Shown: piece after piece, positions 61,750-64,000 of the stretch
Numbering within the stretch: position 1 is the first letter of the stretch
Layout of the letters: each line of letters opens with the position of its first letter
Notes under the pieces: model-generated
Told to the model about the DNA's origin: nothing
Databases searched by the model: none
What the model saw: only the letters and a program-made list of their open reading frames with translations
Position numbers and translations under genes: made by a program
Assembly: GCA_903885445.1 (NCBI GenBank)
Contig: CAISIO010000006.1
Coordinates: 15,309 to 79,308, forward strand
Length of the DNA: 64,000 nucleotides
Origin: Candidatus Staskawiczbacteria bacterium
Lineage (GTDB): Bacteria > Patescibacteriota > Minisyncoccia > Minisyncoccales > Staskawiczbacteraceae
Direction: 5' to 3'

Positions 61750-63036
61750 TTACTTTTTGCTGATTTTTTCTTTCATTTCTTCTACGACCTTGTCTAATTT
61801 TATTTCTTTTTGGGTCCCTGTATCCATATCCCTTAAAGTTATAAAATCTTCCAATGCTTCTTTTTGCCCGAAGATAAGAACCCATTTTATATTCATTTTG
61901 TTTGCGGTTCTTAGCTGGGTTTTTAAAGAATCTTTTGAAAATGATTCTGCAACAGGAATTTTAGCGTCGCGGAATTCTTCAAACAGTTTCATACTCTTTC
62001 GTTTTGCCAAGCTTCCCAATTGAGCTAAAAATATTTTCGGCTCTTCGACGGGCTTGCCTGTTTTCATCTCTCGCGATTTCATCAAGCTCACAATTCTTTC
62101 TATTCCGCTGGCCGATCCGCATCCTGGCGTATCTCTGCCTCCCAGCATTTTTGCCAAATTGTCATATCTTCCGCCTCCGCTTAATGTGCCCAGTGATTTT
62201 CCATCTTCTGAAGTTTCAACAATTTCAAAAACTGTTCTTGTGTAATAATCCAACCCGCGGACTAAATATGGATTTAGTGTGTAGGGTAATCCCAGCTCAT
62301 CTAAAAATTCCAAAACTTCTTTAAAGTGCGCGTGGCATTTTTCGCAAAGGTGGTCTATTGTCTGCGGAGCTCCAGCTTTCACTCTCTGGCATTTTTCTTC
62401 CTTGCAGTCTAAAATCCTCAATGGATTTTCTTTCAGCCTTCTCTGGCAATCCGGGCACAAGGATGCGCGCCTTGATTTAAAATAACTTGCCAATATTTTT
62501 TTAAAATACGGTCTGCATTCTGAATCTCCAATGGAGTTAACTTCAATCGTTAAATTTTTAAATCCCAGCTCTTTCAAAACATCATAACTCATCTGGATAA
62601 TCTGGCTATCTAATGAAGGATTGCCTTCTCCAATTATCTCAAATCCATACTGGTGAAACTGGCGAAATCGTCCGGCCTGCGGCCTTTCATATCTGAAAAA
62701 CGGGCCCACATACCAAAGTTTTACAGGCTGTGGCATATTATGCATTCCGTTTTCTAAATAGCTTCTCATTACCGGGGCTGTGCCTTCAGGCCTCAAAGCA
62801 ACCAAATCATTTCCCTTTGTTCTAAAGGTGTACATTTCTTTACCCACAATGTCTGTGTCGTCTCCAACTGCCTTTTGAAAAACCTCAGCAAACTCCACAA
62901 TTGGGGTTTCAATTTTATCAAAAGTGTATGAGCTGGCGACAGACTCGACAACCTTCTGTACTCTTTTAAAATAAACCTGGTCGGCTGGCAGTACGTCGTG
63001 CATCCCTGCTAATGTTTGATATTTTATTTTTGCCAT
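61750..63036 (-). CDS. hisS: Histidine--tRNA ligase
   Basis: 428 aa with class II motifs including FFRYERPQAGRFRQFHQYGFE and GGGRYDNL. A C-terminal anticodon-binding domain is present. Confidence 0.9.
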   Translation of the reverse strand: MAKIKYQTLAGMHDVLPADQVYFKRVQKVVESVASSYTFDKIETPIVEFAEVFQKAVGDDTDIVGKEMYTFRTKGNDLVALRPEGTAPVMRSYLENGMHNMPQPVKLWYVGPFFRYERPQAGRFRQFHQYGFEIIGEGNPSLDSQIIQMSYDVLKELGFKNLTIEVNSIGDSECRPYFKKILASYFKSRRASLCPDCQRRLKENPLRILDCKEEKCQRVKAGAPQTIDHLCEKCHAHFKEVLEFLDELGLPYTLNPYLVRGLDYYTRTVFEIVETSEDGKSLGTLSGGGRYDNLAKMLGGRDTPGCGSASGIERIVSLMKSREMKTGKPVEEPKIFLAQLGSLAKRKSMKLFEEFRDAKIPVAESFSKDSLKTQLRTANKMNIKWVLIFGQKEALEDFITLRDMDTGTQKEIKLDKVVEEMKEKISKK

Positions 63037-63040
63037 TTTT

Positions 63041-63658
63041 TTAAAATTTAGAAATTGATGTTAATGGAAAAATTCTAAACGCCGCTTTGCCGATTATATA
63101 TTTTCTGGACAAAACGCCCCACCTTCTTGAATCATACGACTCGTTTCTATTATCTCCCATAACAAAATATTGGTCTGGGGCTAAAGTAATTTTTTCCGGC
63201 GACAACGACATTGCAGAGCCGTCAAAGCCGAACGTCTGTAACCCCGAGGGCAGATATTTCTCGCTTAAAACAACTGTTTTCCCGTCTTTGATTATTTCCA
63301 CCTTGCCGTTTACCACATCAACTGTTTCGCCCGGAAGCCCGATAACTCTTTTAATAAATCTTTGTCCTGCGTAATTTGGTATAAAACTTGCGTCAAAAAC
63401 AACTACGTCTTCCCTTTGCGGAACTGAAATCCTGTAAGAAATTTCATCAACAATCAGATAGTCTCCAGTCTCAAAGTTTGGAGCCATGGAAGCTCCGCTT
63501 ACGATAAATGGCTGGAATAGAAAATACCGAATCGGAGCTACTATCACAAAAGCGACAACCGCTATTTTGACAATCTCCCAGACAAAAGGCAGATATTTTT
63601 TGACTATCCCTTCTGATGTCTTCTTTTCTTCGATTTTATTAGGATTATTTTCTTCCAT
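63041..63658 (-). CDS. lepB: Signal peptidase I
   Basis: 205 aa with a TM anchor, the catalytic Ser box SGASMAPNF, the Lys box RFIKRVIGLPGE, and GDNRNESYDSR. Confidence 0.85.
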   Translation of the reverse strand: MEENNPNKIEEKKTSEGIVKKYLPFVWEIVKIAVVAFVIVAPIRYFLFQPFIVSGASMAPNFETGDYLIVDEISYRISVPQREDVVVFDASFIPNYAGQRFIKRVIGLPGETVDVVNGKVEIIKDGKTVVLSEKYLPSGLQTFGFDGSAMSLSPEKITLAPDQYFVMGDNRNESYDSRRWGVLSRKYIIGKAAFRIFPLTSISKF

Positions 63659-63721
63659 TTTTATTACTCACTGTATCACACTTTTTTCCTTGTTGCAATA
63701 GGGCGAAAAAGCGGTTTAAAT

Positions 63722-63757
63722 AAAAAAAGACGGCCTGGCGTTCGCGGACGCCAGGCC
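63722..63757 (-). terminator. Intrinsic terminator of GC-rich cassette G
   Basis: The perfect 9-bp stem GGCCTGGCG/CGCCAGGCC (63732-63740 / 63749-63757) is followed on the minus strand, after GTC, by T7 (plus-strand A-run 63722-63728). Confidence 0.75.
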
Positions 63758-63780
63758 AAAGGATGATATAATAACGTCTA

Positions 63781-64000
63781 CTAGTGACGCTTAAAGCTAC
63801 GGAGCTTCATGTGCCCAGGCGGGGCCTTGGGCCCTGGCTTTCTACGGTTGACCTGATCGGCCAATCCCCGATCGCGGACTACTTGCAAGAACGCGCCCTT
63901 GAATTGGTCGAACGGAAGTTCAACCAATTCTTTGTGTCCCATCACAAGGTCTTTGTAGACCGGCTCCAGCCGCTGGTCTAGGGCGTCGGGCCTTACATGC
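63781..64000 (-). CDS. Hypothetical protein, C-terminal fragment (GC-rich cassette G; gene continues beyond window end)
   Basis: Not in the ORF track. My hand translation of the minus strand gives 72 stop-free codons: ...HVRPDALDQRLEPVYKDLVMGHKELVELPFDQFKGAFLQVVRDRGLADQVNRRKPGPKAPPGHMKLRSFKRH, ending at TAG (63781-63783). The terminator lies 24 nt downstream. Confidence 0.55.
   Translation of the reverse strand, partial: HVRPDALDQRLEPVYKDLVMGHKELVELPFDQFKGAFLQVVRDRGLADQVNRRKPGPKAPPGHMKLRSFKRH

Noticed and set aside
22027-64000. Explaining the GC-rich segments as classical mobile elements, prophage, or assembly chimeras/contamination
   Set aside because: - No transposase, integrase, phage structural genes, terminal inverted repeats or direct-repeat flanks were seen.
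- Each segment is flanked on both sides by continuous AT-rich backbone with intact neighbouring genes and shared signals (for example terminator T-runs overlapping neighbouring stop codons), which a chimeric join would not produce seven times.
- Misassembly cannot be formally excluded without reads.
1-64000. Alternative genetic code (UGA recoding, as in some CPR lineages), CRISPR arrays, and rRNA/tRNA genes
   Set aside because: - Long uninterrupted ORFs with recognisable homology terminate at TGA, TAA and TAG under the standard code, so recoding is unnecessary.
- I found no regularly spaced direct repeats.
- I found no rRNA-like or cloverleaf-forming segments while reading both strands.

Overview
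This 64-kb window is gene-dense and AT-rich, roughly one-third GC judged by eye (not computed). The gene content suggests a reduced Patescibacteria/CPR-type bacterium, probably Parcubacteria-like. Supporting features are a short FtsZ plus FtsA, S21, a class III ribonucleotide reductase, ComEC without an MBL domain, a type IV pilin, lamin-tail-domain and giant peptidoglycan-binding surface proteins, many glycan genes and little biosynthetic metabolism. Almost all backbone genes lie on the minus strand in tightly packed operons, often with overlapping stop/start codons (ATGA).

Layout:
- 1-21.7 kb: one long surface-glycan operon. It holds two Wzx flippases, several GT4 glycosyltransferases, methyltransferases, a deacetylase, and a nonulosonic-acid (sialic-acid-like) module. 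That module comprises PseB-like, NeuB-like, cytidylyltransferase, sialyltransferase-motif and KpsS-like proteins.
- 23-37 kb: envelope genes. These are an O-antigen-ligase-like protein, a beta-lactamase-fold hydrolase, an ECF sigma/anti-sigma pair upstream of a 1214-aa surface protein, an LTD protein and a pilin.
- 37-64 kb: housekeeping genes (clpB with a CIRCE operator, htrA, lipid-handling genes, comEC, nrdDG, ftsAZ, ybeY, rpsU, hisS, lepB).

The most unusual signal is a set of seven discrete GC-rich (about 47-62% by eye) single-gene cassettes wedged exactly into intergenic gaps:
- A: 22.0-23.2 kb
- B: 40.2-40.85 kb
- C: 41.0-42.1 kb
- D: 47.6-48.2 kb
- E: 56.06-56.64 kb
- F: 59.8-60.9 kb
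- G: 63.7 kb to the window end

Each cassette (G only at its visible 3' end) has a terminator, and most show a promoter-like element and a Shine-Dalgarno. They encode proteins I cannot place, plus one sigma-70-family factor. One cassette is followed by a highly structured RNA of about 270 nt. Four cassettes share a 5'-leader motif. I saw no rRNA, tRNA, CRISPR array, transposase or integrase.
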